From a virus, in IMG/VR virus record IMGVR_UViG_3300046501_000233, positions 32,001 through 96,000 of that record: a stretch of 64,000 bases of DNA, one strand, 5' to 3'. The position numbers and the translations under genes are program-made. The notes beneath the pieces were generated by a model. That model had not been told where the DNA came from and did not search any database. It saw nothing but the letters and a program-made list of their open reading frames with translations. Positions 1-10,000 of the stretch are shown here, in pieces (the stretch's first letter is position 1; every line of letters starts with the position of its first letter).

Positions 1-620
1 TTCTGCGTGGTCGCGGCGACGTATTTCGCGTGCGAGAGCATCGCCTCGTCGAGATCGTCGTACAGCGCCTGGACGTCACCATCGTTGTGGATGATGAAGC
101 TCGGGGTGAGGCGGTCCGTGCGCTCGCTGTCGTGCACGCCCCACATCAGACCGAAACGGTCGAACAGGAACTTGCCGAGCTTGCCCCACTTGAAGGCGAC
201 CGGGCCGGTGCCGGGACGCACGATCATGATGGTGAAGCCGCCGAGCAGCTGGATCTCTCGCTCCTCATTGGGGAAGCGCACGGAGTCGTTCATGACGTTG
301 CCGGCGTTGCGGGTGAGACGCGCCCAGGTCTTCGCCCAAACGTCCTGGGACACGCGCTCGCGGCCCCATTCGGTGCCGATCGAGATCTGCAACTCGCGAC
401 CACTCTTCCCGATCTCCGGGATCACCTGCTCCTTGAGGTCGCCCTCCAGATAGCGCGTGATCATGTCGCTCGGGATGCCGTTGTTCTTCAGTAGAACGGC
501 GAGCATGGACCGCAGCGTCTCTGCGATGTGCATGCGCTGGAAGCCGTACTTCTCCTCCAGATAGAGGGCAGCGGTGGTCTTGCCGGCCTGGGCATAGCCA
601 GACAGTCCGATAGCGGTCAT
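1..620 (-). CDS. deoxynucleoside monophosphate (dNMP) kinase, runs off left window edge
   Basis: Manual translation from ATG at 620 (not in ORF track): MTAIGLSGYAQAGKTT P-loop, RELQISIGTEWGR, DSVRFPNE, HDSE, IHNDG motifs typical of phage dNMP kinases; GGAGAAGGA RBS. Confidence 0.9.
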   Translation of the reverse strand, partial: MTAIGLSGYAQAGKTTAALYLEEKYGFQRMHIAETLRSMLAVLLKNNGIPSDMITRYLEGDLKEQVIPEIGKSGRELQISIGTEWGRERVSQDVWAKTWARLTRNAGNVMNDSVRFPNEEREIQLLGGFTIMIVRPGTGPVAFKWGKLGKFLFDRFGLMWGVHDSERTDRLTPSFIIHNDGDVQALYDDLDEAMLSHAKYVAATTQ

Positions 621-659
621 TTGCTTTCCTTCTCCATTTTGATGCAAACAAACGTCAGG

Positions 660-2606
660 TCACACGAATGCCGCGACGGCCCCGGTGCTGATCTCTTCAG
701 GGCGCCACTTCCCGTTCTGCAGGGTGACGAGGGTGCGCTTGCCATCCGCGTATTGCAGGATGTGCGTGACCGCCCAGCCGGACGGCCCCTTGTTGTAGCC
801 GTGGCGCAGGTTCATCGCGCCGGCCACATAGACTCCGTCCATGATCTCGGGTGAGTGCTTGTCGCCGATCGACATCTTACGACCGATGCGAGCGAAACCG
901 GCCACAGTCCCCTTGGCGCCATTGGCACCGCGGAAGCCGTGGTTACCGACCTCAATTCCGTCGATCAGGTGGCTGTAGCCATCGTGGCACCACTGGACAT
1001 AAGGCAGGTCGATCTTGCGGCGGACCGCCCATTCGAACAGCGAGAAGCGCGGCACCGGCAGGCCATTATCGAGCGCGTGCGACCGCTCCTCGACGTTCTT
1101 CAGGTAGGCCATTTCCAGCTGCAGGCCGAACATGACGTTGGTGCCATCATTGCGATAGCGCCCCTCACGGGCATACTTCTCCAGGGCGATGTCGTGATTG
1201 CCCTCGGCGACGATGACCATGCGGCTCGCGCTCGACAGCAGAGACAGCAGGTGACCGCCTGTCTCACACTCGTCCTCGACGTTGTCGCGGCCCCGGATGG
1301 CCATCTCGTAGCTGTAGGCATTGTCGTGGACGTGGTGGTGGTTTCGCGCCTCGTTGTCGTGGATGTCGTGAACGATCACATTCTCAGGATCGAGCACGGC
1401 GAACATGCTGTTCCGCTCGCACGAGACCTCCTCCATGTTCCAGCCGAAGGTGGCCAGAGCATTCTTGGGATCGAGCTTGCGGGCGTGAAGATCTGCGATG
1501 GTCATCGCCTTGACGCGGTGGCCGGTGGTGACGTCTGCATTGGCGACGTAGCAATCGAGATCGTAGAACGAACCGTCTTCGCTGGCGGTGATCTGCCGGC
1601 AGAACACGTCGCCATCCTTGTCGAACTGCACCACGGTGGCGCCGAGGATCTGATGGAAGATCGACTTCACGCCGGCCTTGCGCGGGATGATCTTCGGGCG
1701 CGTGACGCAGCCGGTCGTCATCACCTGATGCGCCTGGATGGCGGGATCGGTGGACGGAACGCTCTTGAGCTGGCGCTTGGCGTGCGGGAATACAGCCCAG
1801 CGACCCCGGCTATATGTCACCAGATCCGAGATCGGCGCATTGGCGGTAGGCAGCGTATTCATCTCGCCGGCAAACATGAAATTGCTGCCGATCTTCATCT
1901 GTCCGAAGCACAGATGCGGGACCAGTTCTTCGGCGTAGGTGCGCCCCTGAGGATCGTTCTCAGCCCACCACTGGGTCTCGTAGGTGAACGGGCCGACCAC
2001 AATCTCGGCATTGATCCAGGCAGCGTAGGTCTGCAGGTTCGCCCAGAACTCCTCGTGGAGCATGGTGTCGTTCTGCGCGGCGGTGAAGATGAAGTTCTTG
2101 CGGCGCGAGTCCTTGATGGGCGCGACACGCAGGGTGTCCTTCATCCAGGTGCGCGGCTTGCCTTCCTTCTCGACGTATTTCCCATACTTGTTGCTCCAGA
2201 CCTGGAGCGTGGGCGAGTCGATGATGACGGCTTCCGGATTGATGACCGGGTATTTCGATTTGGTGATGAGGGTGGTCACGTCGGCCGACAGAAGCTCAGC
2301 GCGGGTGAGCGCGTTGGCGTCGGCGGACAAGGCCTCGCCCGCTTCCACGGACCCGAAGGTCACGGTGGCGGCAGGGGCCGGTGGCACGTAGAGGGACCAG
2401 TCTACGGCGTAGTTCTCCTTGCGGAGCTGTTTCAGCGCTTCTTCGTTGCGCACCCAGTTGGGGAAGTTGATGCCTTCGCGGCGCTCTGCCGTCTTGGTGG
2501 CAGATGCCAGGCCGCCCGTCGCACCCTGGGGGTGGTAGCCGAGCTTGAGCAGGTCTTCGATGACGGCTTTTCTGCGGGCGCGTTCTTCAGAGGAGAGCGT
2601 GGACAT
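660..2606 (-). CDS. T5 A1-like protein (calcineurin-like metallophosphoesterase / putative nuclease)
   Basis: FIFTAAQNDT..H..F, GEMNTLPTA..P.S, KAG.K..FH, ADLH, HD, RNHH, EGNHD, NHG..G.NG..G, GYNKGPSGW, Y.DGKRTLVTL.NGKWR match my recollection of the T5 A1 family; ATG at 2606 chosen. Confidence 0.8.
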   Translation of the reverse strand: MSTLSSEERARRKAVIEDLLKLGYHPQGATGGLASATKTAERREGINFPNWVRNEEALKQLRKENYAVDWSLYVPPAPAATVTFGSVEAGEALSADANALTRAELLSADVTTLITKSKYPVINPEAVIIDSPTLQVWSNKYGKYVEKEGKPRTWMKDTLRVAPIKDSRRKNFIFTAAQNDTMLHEEFWANLQTYAAWINAEIVVGPFTYETQWWAENDPQGRTYAEELVPHLCFGQMKIGSNFMFAGEMNTLPTANAPISDLVTYSRGRWAVFPHAKRQLKSVPSTDPAIQAHQVMTTGCVTRPKIIPRKAGVKSIFHQILGATVVQFDKDGDVFCRQITASEDGSFYDLDCYVANADVTTGHRVKAMTIADLHARKLDPKNALATFGWNMEEVSCERNSMFAVLDPENVIVHDIHDNEARNHHHVHDNAYSYEMAIRGRDNVEDECETGGHLLSLLSSASRMVIVAEGNHDIALEKYAREGRYRNDGTNVMFGLQLEMAYLKNVEERSHALDNGLPVPRFSLFEWAVRRKIDLPYVQWCHDGYSHLIDGIEVGNHGFRGANGAKGTVAGFARIGRKMSIGDKHSPEIMDGVYVAGAMNLRHGYNKGPSGWAVTHILQYADGKRTLVTLQNGKWRPEEISTGAVAAFV

Positions 2607-2661
2607 TCGACCCCGGTAATTGTGGAACTCTGCAGCTGAAGGCAAAAAAGCGCTTGACAGC

Positions 2662-2699
2662 TTGCATTTGCACTAGCACAGAAGGAATGCAAATGCAAA
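2662..2699. promoter_or_regulatory. inverted tandem-hexamer box TTGCATTTGCA...TGCAAATGCAAA
   Basis: Seen directly; same motif recurs at several other intergenic sites. Confidence 0.7.
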
Positions 2700-2726
2700 T
2701 ATTCGAGCTTCACGGGGGGTGAAGTT

Positions 2727-2765
2727 GGCCCCGCCAGGGCGCATACCAAGGCGGGGCCGGTTTTC
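2727..2765. terminator. GC hairpin / probable terminator after lysis cassette
   Basis: GGCCCCGCC (2727-2735) pairs with GGCGGGGCC (2750-2758). Confidence 0.55.
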
Positions 2766-2803
2766 ATCGACGGTGTGCGAGTCCTTCGACGATCGATCGC
2801 CGG

Positions 2804-3133
2804 TTACCCAGCGATATGCTTGAGCCACCAGTCCTTCGTGCCCAGCAAGATGAGGCCGATGGTGCCGGTGACGAGGACGTTGACGATGGTGGTGATGGTT
2901 GCGCCGGACGCCTTCTCGGTGGTCAGACGCAGACGACGGATGAACGCCAGATCGTCGACGAAATCCTCATCGTCCAGCTTCTCCGCGAGCAGGCGAAGCG
3001 CTGCAAATTCGGTCTGAACCTTGATCGGGTTCGTGACATCGAAGCCAAGATGAAGCATCACGGATTCGACGGCACGCTTGGCCGCCTGCTCTGCGATGAG
3101 CACCTGGGTCTGGATCTCTGCATCAGAAGGCAT
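2804..3133 (-). CDS. small membrane protein of lysis cassette (possible holin/antiholin)
   Basis: C-terminal hydrophobic helix ITTIVNVLVTGTIGLILLG; follows spanins. Confidence 0.55.
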   Translation of the reverse strand: MPSDAEIQTQVLIAEQAAKRAVESVMLHLGFDVTNPIKVQTEFAALRLLAEKLDDEDFVDDLAFIRRLRLTTEKASGATITTIVNVLVTGTIGLILLGTKDWWLKHIAG

Positions 3134-3431
3134 TGATCACCTGCAGTTCTGCGAGGCAGGCCGAGGCCTTCTCTTCGCTCTTGTTCTTCCGAACGGCATA
3201 CGCCCGGTACGTCGCAATAACGGCCCGCGGGTCCATGCCGGCTTCGATCGGAGGAAGCCCCTCCTTCTTCAGGAATGCCTGACAGGCTGCGAGAGCACCC
3301 CGGTTGGCGATTACGAGTTCGGAACGGACGACCGCCTCATCACTGGATGGAAAGCAGGCCGCGCACGTCATCGGGAGAAAGAGCGCAAGCAGCACGCTTG
3401 CCGTCTTTCGATTTGCCCAGCTTCGAAACAT
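3123..3431 (-). CDS. o-spanin (Rz1-like lipoprotein)
   Basis: Signal peptide with lipobox-like VLLALFLPMTCAAC; overlaps the 3' end of the i-spanin gene in another frame. Confidence 0.65.
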   Translation of the reverse strand: MFRSWANRKTASVLLALFLPMTCAACFPSSDEAVVRSELVIANRGALAACQAFLKKEGLPPIEAGMDPRAVIATYRAYAVRKNKSEEKASACLAELQVINAF

Positions 3432-3798
3432 AGTCTTCGACTTTCTTCTGAAGAGCTGCGTTCTCATTCTGTTGAGCAGCCAGGCGGGCCGCAGCGTTCT
3501 CTTGTACGCGGCCCAGCTCTTCAAGTTTTCGGTTGGTATAGTCCGCCTGCCCTTTGTGAAGTCCCGCGACGATGCGCGCGAGTTCTAGGTCGCCGTTGAT
3601 CTGAACGATCTGTGCGGCGAGCCGGGCGTTTTCAGCGGCACCAGTGGCGACACCTCGGCCAAAACTCCAGATCCCGAGCAGAGCCAGGAAGAGGATGATG
3701 GCGAAGGTCTTCGCGTAACTGGTGATGAATTTCCAGACGGCTTTCGCACAGCTGGAAACCGTGGGCGCGAGGCCCACGATCTTATCGAAGGTGCTCAT
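3340..3798 (-). CDS. i-spanin (Rz-like)
   Basis: N-terminal TM helix, coiled coil, C-terminal Cys; immediately downstream of endolysin. Confidence 0.7.
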   Translation of the reverse strand: MSTFDKIVGLAPTVSSCAKAVWKFITSYAKTFAIILFLALLGIWSFGRGVATGAAENARLAAQIVQINGDLELARIVAGLHKGQADYTNRKLEELGRVQENAAARLAAQQNENAALQKKVEDYVSKLGKSKDGKRAACALSPDDVRGLLSIQ

Positions 3799-3801
3799 GG
3801 T

Positions 3802-4974
3802 TTAGATCCCGAGGTTCGAGCCGATCTGGTGCTCGCGCAGACGGGCCTTGATGACATCCCGGTAGGCGTAGATGCCGTAGATGCCGATACCGAGCGCTGC
3901 GATCCACCAGTACGGTGCGACCGCGGACACCACGTTGTGCATGGTGTCGAACACGCCCTTGGCGGTTTCCGCTTTGTTAGCGATCTCCTGCGCCTGATCG
4001 AGCAGACCCAGCTTCTCAGCGCCGCCGACGCCGCCGGAAACGACGAGCAGCTTGTTGACGAGAGAGCCCTTGTCGGCCGCCGCAACCGTGCTGGAGCCGG
4101 CTTCCCGGAGATCCTGGACGGTGGCATTGGCGCGGGCCGGATCGACCTGGCGCTTCTCGGTGTCGGAATCGAAGAGAACCTCGCGGGTCTCGTCGTTGAT
4201 CAGGCCGGTCACCGTCAGGCCTTCGCGACGCTGAAACGAAGACAGCGCGCCGGAGGTCAGGTCGCCCCACTTGCCGTCGATCTTGCCGACGTTGTAGCCC
4301 AGCTCCTTCAGGCGAGCCTGAATGGTGGTGGTCTCGGTCTTACTCGGCAGGGCCTCGATCGGGCCGGCCGCCAGCTTGCGAGCCCAGCGCTTCTCGGCAG
4401 CCGCCATGCGGGTGTCGTACTGGTTATCGGCGTAGCGCGGGCCGTTGTAGCCCCGAGCGAACTTCGCAAAGTCCTTGCTTCGCAGGTGAACGTCGAGCTT
4501 GCTCTTCTTGATCTCCCGGATCATGGCCTCGACCTGGGCTTTCACCCGGCCCTTGACCATCCAGTCCACCATCTCGGTGGCGTTGTCGAAGCCCAGACGT
4601 TCGGCGTTGAAGCCCATCGTCTGCCCGAGACCCCATGAGGTGGCGCGGTTGGCGACTTCCTCGTCTACGGATCGCGCCTTGGCGATCACTGCGAGACGTC
4701 CAGAGCTGTTGCCCTGATCCTTATATTGGGTCTTCTTGTTCCACGTCGGGATCGCGAGGCCGGCCTTGATGGCCTGCGTCAGCTTGCTCGGCTCGTGGAG
4801 CTTCATCTCCGAATAGAACTTGTGGCGCTCAAACAGAAGGCGCGGAGTCTCGCCGTCCTGCTCGTATGGAGCGCCAGAGGTTTCGCACTCGACGACGGCC
4901 AGTAGCGACGACTTGGGGATGTTATTCGCATCCGCCGCCGCGCAAACCGCGTCGATGATCTCTTTACTGAACAT
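3802..4974 (-). CDS. endolysin: N-acetylmuramidase (DUF3380-like) plus peptidoglycan-binding domain
   Basis: AVVECET, LFERHKF, SWGLGQTMGFN, FARGYNGP..NQYD motifs; PG-binding IQARLKELGY..GKIDGKWG..T..ALSSFQ..GL.VTG. Confidence 0.92.
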   Translation of the reverse strand: MFSKEIIDAVCAAADANNIPKSSLLAVVECETSGAPYEQDGETPRLLFERHKFYSEMKLHEPSKLTQAIKAGLAIPTWNKKTQYKDQGNSSGRLAVIAKARSVDEEVANRATSWGLGQTMGFNAERLGFDNATEMVDWMVKGRVKAQVEAMIREIKKSKLDVHLRSKDFAKFARGYNGPRYADNQYDTRMAAAEKRWARKLAAGPIEALPSKTETTTIQARLKELGYNVGKIDGKWGDLTSGALSSFQRREGLTVTGLINDETREVLFDSDTEKRQVDPARANATVQDLREAGSSTVAAADKGSLVNKLLVVSGGVGGAEKLGLLDQAQEIANKAETAKGVFDTMHNVVSAVAPYWWIAALGIGIYGIYAYRDVIKARLREHQIGSNLGI

Positions 4975-4998
4975 GTTGGATTCCGATGTTGTGAGCGC

Positions 4999-6150
4999 TC
5001 ACCACTGGAAGTCCGGGAAACCCCAATAGGAGCCGTCCTTCAGGACTTCGCCGATAAGCTCGCCGGCCTCGGGCTTCAGGAAGGCGTTCTCCTCCTGCCG
5101 GTTGGAGAAGTTCGCGCCGTCGCCCGGTGCTTTGCATTCGAGCGTCGACTTGATGCCGGTGCTCTTGACGTAGGTGTGGACCGCCTTGTTGATAGTCCAC
5201 GAACCGTTGATGCCGTCGCGCATGTTCTCAACGAGGAGGGTCATCTGATCCTTTATCCAAGGATCGCCCTTCGCGAGTTCGAACGTCGCTCGGCCTTCTG
5301 AGCGCTTCAGCGCTTCTTGCATTGATTGGATGGCAGCCTGCGCCTCCTGCATGGAGTTGAAGATCGTGCCGATCGTGAAGGTCTCGGTGGCCTGGCCGGA
5401 GCTGGCATCCGAGGAGGTCTCGCCGCCGGCCTCGCCGGTAGCGGTGTTGACCCATTTGCGGACCATGTCCGACTTGTCGCGCCAGGCTGCCCGGACGCTG
5501 CCATACTGGTTGCGGCTGTTGTAGGAGCAGTTCCAGGTGCCGAAATGCTCCGGCTGCAGAACAAGCGTTGGCATCGAGATGCCGCTTGCGGTCGTCGTGG
5601 AGTCGCGCGGCACGAACATCAGTCGGCCGTTGGCGATCTTGGCGACCGCGCCGTAGATGCGCTCCAGCTCGTGGATCATGTGAAGATTGCTCGTCACCTG
5701 ATTTTTGAACGGGATCATCTTCCCGGCGAGTTCCGGCGAGATGGACATGCCGATCCCAGCCGAGCCCGCGATGCTACCGAGGATGGAGCCGAGCGACTTG
5801 TTGGCGTAGTTTGCGATGGCCGGCGCCTTCATCACCGAGCGCATGCCGGTGGAGAGGCCGGTCAGCTGGATCGCACGAGGCGGCCCAATGAAGGCGAGAT
5901 CGTTCATTTCGAACGAGCCCATGAACGAATAGCCGACCTCTTCGTATCCGAGCCAAAGCTCGATGACGGCGCCGAGGCCCGGCTTGGCGATTGCCCAGTC
6001 GCGGTCGTCGAGTTTGATCTGCAGCTTGTCACCCTCACCGTCGCCCGAGTTCAACTCGACCTGGATGCTGGTGACGCGATCATTGAAGTGATTGGTGATA
6101 TCGAGATCACCCTTCATGAGCTTGTAGATTGGGGTGTAGCCGGTGGGCAC
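4999..6150 (-). CDS. baseplate hub / late control protein D (P2 gpD-like)
   Basis: DKLQIKLDDRD, LWLGY, Q..SNLHMI..L...YGA..KI.NGRLMF; position after gpX. Confidence 0.88.
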   Translation of the reverse strand: MPTGYTPIYKLMKGDLDITNHFNDRVTSIQVELNSGDGEGDKLQIKLDDRDWAIAKPGLGAVIELWLGYEEVGYSFMGSFEMNDLAFIGPPRAIQLTGLSTGMRSVMKAPAIANYANKSLGSILGSIAGSAGIGMSISPELAGKMIPFKNQVTSNLHMIHELERIYGAVAKIANGRLMFVPRDSTTTASGISMPTLVLQPEHFGTWNCSYNSRNQYGSVRAAWRDKSDMVRKWVNTATGEAGGETSSDASSGQATETFTIGTIFNSMQEAQAAIQSMQEALKRSEGRATFELAKGDPWIKDQMTLLVENMRDGINGSWTINKAVHTYVKSTGIKSTLECKAPGDGANFSNRQEENAFLKPEAGELIGEVLKDGSYWGFPDFQW

Positions 6151-6161
6151 GCGCTGGCTCC

Positions 6162-6192
6162 AAAAGAAAAAGCCGCCCCCGAAGGAGCGGCT
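6162..6192 (-). terminator. intrinsic terminator
   Basis: AGCCGC...GCGGCT hairpin followed by T-tract on - strand; nearly identical to the one at 26105-26131. Confidence 0.75.
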
Positions 6193-6222
6193 TGTCTGAC
6201 GAGATCATGCTCGCCAGGGGGA

Positions 6223-6450
6223 TTAGTCCCAGAGGAAGATCTGCTTGATCATCGGCGCCTGAGTGACGGCGATGGGTGGCTCTGGGAGAATGACGATGAT
6301 GCCGGGCGGCAGGACGATGGCATGCTGCTCGATGCCGGGGTTCTGCGACAACACCCATTCGACGATGCGATTGGTCGTGTTGCCATACCGGTCGTAGCAG
6401 ATGCGATCGATGCGATCGTGCATCTTGGTGCGATAGGTTTTCGTTGGCAT
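6223..6450 (-). CDS. tail protein X (P2 gpX-like, LysM fold)
   Basis: D.IDRIC...YG, VL..NPG, LPPG...ILP, IFLWD. Confidence 0.92.
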   Translation of the reverse strand: MPTKTYRTKMHDRIDRICYDRYGNTTNRIVEWVLSQNPGIEQHAIVLPPGIIVILPEPPIAVTQAPMIKQIFLWD

Positions 6451-6986
6451 CAGGTGCGATCCGGCTGGATGTTTGCGTTGTCGACCTGCTGATTGACGAA
6501 CAGATCGTTCTCCACTGCGGGAGTCGCCAGATCGTCGCCGTATTTCGCCAGCTCAAGGGTGAAGTCGATCTTGCGGGCGATTGCGTCGCGGCCGATCTTG
6601 GTCTCGATCGTTCGTACCCGCTTGATGACGTAGTTGCCGAGCGTGTCGCCTCCATATCCATTTGGATCGGTCAGCGGATAGAAGCGAACCAGAGCAAGGG
6701 GCTTGCCCCTGGCGCCTGCTTCTCGCAGCAGCTTAATCGTGTTGAGACCGCCGAAATGATAAGGGTACATCTTACCCTCGACGGTGATGTTTTCCTCGCC
6801 GATGCCCGTGAACTGAAATGCTGGATCGCGCGACAGTCGCTCGGAATTGACCCAGTTGTACTGGCTATCTCGCGTGAGCGACTCGAAGCCCGGCGTATCG
6901 GCGTCGAGATGGGGAACGAAGAAGTAAATCGGAGACGTCGTTGAAGTGGGCGATTTGTCGCCCAGTCCCATGAGAACCTGGGGCAT
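6450..6986 (-). CDS. tail tube initiator (P2 gpU-like)
   Basis: PAFQFTG.GEE.IT.EG..YP, GKPL.LV, G.YVI, KIDFTLEL..Y. Confidence 0.9.
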   Translation of the reverse strand: MPQVLMGLGDKSPTSTTSPIYFFVPHLDADTPGFESLTRDSQYNWVNSERLSRDPAFQFTGIGEENITVEGKMYPYHFGGLNTIKLLREAGARGKPLALVRFYPLTDPNGYGGDTLGNYVIKRVRTIETKIGRDAIARKIDFTLELAKYGDDLATPAVENDLFVNQQVDNANIQPDRT

Positions 6987-7043
6987 GTCGTCCTCTCAGT
7001 TGAATTGAAGGAGATCCCCGGCCCCGTAGGGCCGAGGAAATTG

Positions 7044-10000
7044 TCAGACCATCGACGCATCCACGTCGTTGAGACGGTAGTTGTGCTGCTCGTCGATGCG
7101 ACGCTGCACCAGGGTGGCGAGCGCTTCGGGATCGTGCTGGCTACCGTTGATGTGGATCGTCGATCCGCCGTAGCTGGCGTTCTGCATGCCCGGCACGGTG
7201 CCCGAGGACGTACCTGCGGGAGGCACGTTCTGGATGTTCGCGCCTGGTACATTGGCAGTCGGCGGCACGTTCGCCGTGGGAGGGACGTTGACGCCGGGGA
7301 CACCGCGTCGCGCCATCAAGTTTCCGTTCGCCGGAGTCCACTTGTAATTGGCGCCGTCCTTCTGGTTGCCGCCGAACATCTGCAGCTCAAGTCCGTTCGG
7401 ACCCATGCGGGTCTTGCCCGTAGCGAAGCCGACGTGACCGCCAGTCTCACCCGCGCCGCGGCCCTTGGTTTCGACGAGAACGTCACCAGCTTCGACTGCA
7501 GCGTGATTGACCGCCTGCCCCCACTTCTGGAAGCTGTTGGCCACTGCGCTGCCGGTGCCCTTGCCGCCAACCGCCTTGAGGGACGAATTGACGAAGGCCG
7601 CACACCAGGCATTGGCTGCGCCGCGAGGATCGCGACCGCCCATGAAGCCCTTCAGAGCACCGACATCGCGGTACTCGTTCATGTCCTTGAACTGCTCTGC
7701 GACCTTGAGGGCTGCCGCGCCGCCTGCACCGGTGTTGCCGATGACAGAGCCGCCGCTGCCGTCCGAAAGCTCATTGCGGAACTTGCTGACGTTGCCGGGC
7801 CAGTTCTTATTCAGGCCGTTCGGATCGTTCGCAGCACCCGGAGGTGCATACCTGTTCGCGAGAGCGGGGATGCCGCCGCCGGTTTCACCGACGCGCTTTG
7901 ACAGGTTCTTGGCGGTGTAGTCGATGCCGTCAGCAAGGCTGCCGAACTGCATCTTCTTCGACCAGTTCGTGGCCGGGTCCATGATCCCGCCGGGATTATT
8001 GCCCGACAGGTTCTTACCCTTGCCCGTCTCCTGCGCCATGATGCCGGCGAGAAGCGCCGGATCAACGCCGTGCTTCTTAGCAGCAGCGATGATGGCTCCG
8101 CTCTGGCCCGCAAGAGGCGTGCCGGCGAACATCTTGTCGAAGGCTGAGCCGTTAAGGCCACCACCCGACGATCCACCCGGACCGAAGCCACCCAGATTGA
8201 GTGCGCCGCCCTGAGTGGTCGACATCATCTTGCCAGCAACCGTGCCGGCCAGGCCCTCGGACACGCGGGCCGAAGATCCGACAGCAGCAGCTTCTGCAGA
8301 TGCAGCGCCGACGCGCCGGGCCGCCGAGAAGTCGGTCAAGCCTCCGCTGCTTGACAGCGAAGCCCGCTCGATCTTGGCGCCGAACTTTTCAAGGGTTTCG
8401 TTCAGGTCGTCGACCGACTGAGTGAACGACATCTTCTTGACTGGCTGGCCTTCTCCGTCTCCGGAGCCGCTGAACCAATCCGACCAACCCTTGCGGCTCT
8501 TCTCGACCCGCTTCTCGCGCTCTTCGAGCTTCTTCTTGCGCTCTTCCCTCTGCTTCGGACCCTGACCGGGTCCGTCCTTGAAGGCGAGATACGAAGCGAT
8601 GCCAAGAGCGCCCGCGAGCGCTGCGATTGCTGCAGCGCCGGCCGCGCCGAACGCGACAACAGCACCGACGATTGCGGTGATGCCGGTAACGAAGGCAGCA
8701 AAGATGGTAATGACCGGCGACAGGATCGCGAGAGCTGAGGCGAGTCCAATGATCTCTGCGGCGAGCTTGCCGATGTCTTCGGTCTTCGACGTATCGAGAC
8801 CAAACATCTTGCCGACAGACGTGAAGATCGCCTTGAGCTGATCCCAAACGACCCGCAGACCTTCCGCGAAGCCCCTTCCGAACAGGAAGAAGTTGGCAGA
8901 CATGTCAGCAAGGTTCGAGTTCTTTCCGAAAATGCTCTCGAACAGCTCTGCCCAATCCTTGAAGCCAAATCCGACAGCGAGACCGCTGACGAAATTGTCG
9001 ATCAGATCGGTGATCGCCTGCAGATTGCTGCCGGTCAGGTATTCCGTTGCGAAGCTGGTGATCGCGAGGAAGATGCGATCGAATCCTTTGCCGAACGCTT
9101 CCCAGAACTGCTCAAAGGCAGACGTGAGGCTGTTCCAGCGGCCCTGGAAGCTACTGGTCTTCTTGGCTGCTGCATTGGCCAGAAAGTCTTCGTTGCCCGG
9201 AGCCTTCTGAGCTGCGCGGATTTCCTTCAGCTTTGCCAGACCGGACTGGCCGGTCATGACCTCGCCGCGCCATTCGCGCATACCGATCAGATCGGCCGCG
9301 AGAGCACGGTTGGCCTCATCCATCCCTTCCATCTTCTCCATGATGGCGATGATGGTTTCGGTCGGATCAGCGGCGAACTGTCGGGACAGCGACTTCTTGT
9401 TGCCGAAGCCTAGCTTCTTGGCGAACTTGTTCAGATCCTGACCGCGCTTGCCGGTGTCGTGCTGGCCGTTGACGATTTCACCGACGAGGAAGTCGAGGAA
9501 GGTACCGGCCTTGCCGCCCTGCATACCTGCCGAGACGTTCATGGCGTTGATGGCGCTCATGTCGGCGAAGGACATCTTGGACGTCTTGAGGACGCCCATC
9601 GATCGACGGTTCGCCGCGACGATTTCGTCAGGGTTGGCACGAGACTCTGCCGCCGCAATACCGACCGAAGTCAGCGCGGAGCGGGCCTTCTTGGGGTCCA
9701 TCTTTGGATCGACCGAGAACAGCGTACCGATCAGCTTGGTGGTTTCGCTGGCGTTCAGATCCACGCCGGTCTTGCCGGACAGGATGAGGTCGGTGACCTC
9801 CTGCTGATACTCCTTCTTGATACCGGCCTTGGCCGCTTCAGTGTAGGTGTTCAGAACTTCAGCAAGGCTGGTGCCGTATTTAACGGCTGCGCGATTGCCG
9901 TAGCTGCTGCGCATCTGCTTGATGTCTTCAGGCTTCATGTCGCCGAAGATCTGCGCCATGACTTCGGCGCTATCGATCTTCATGCGAGTCCGAAAGGAGG

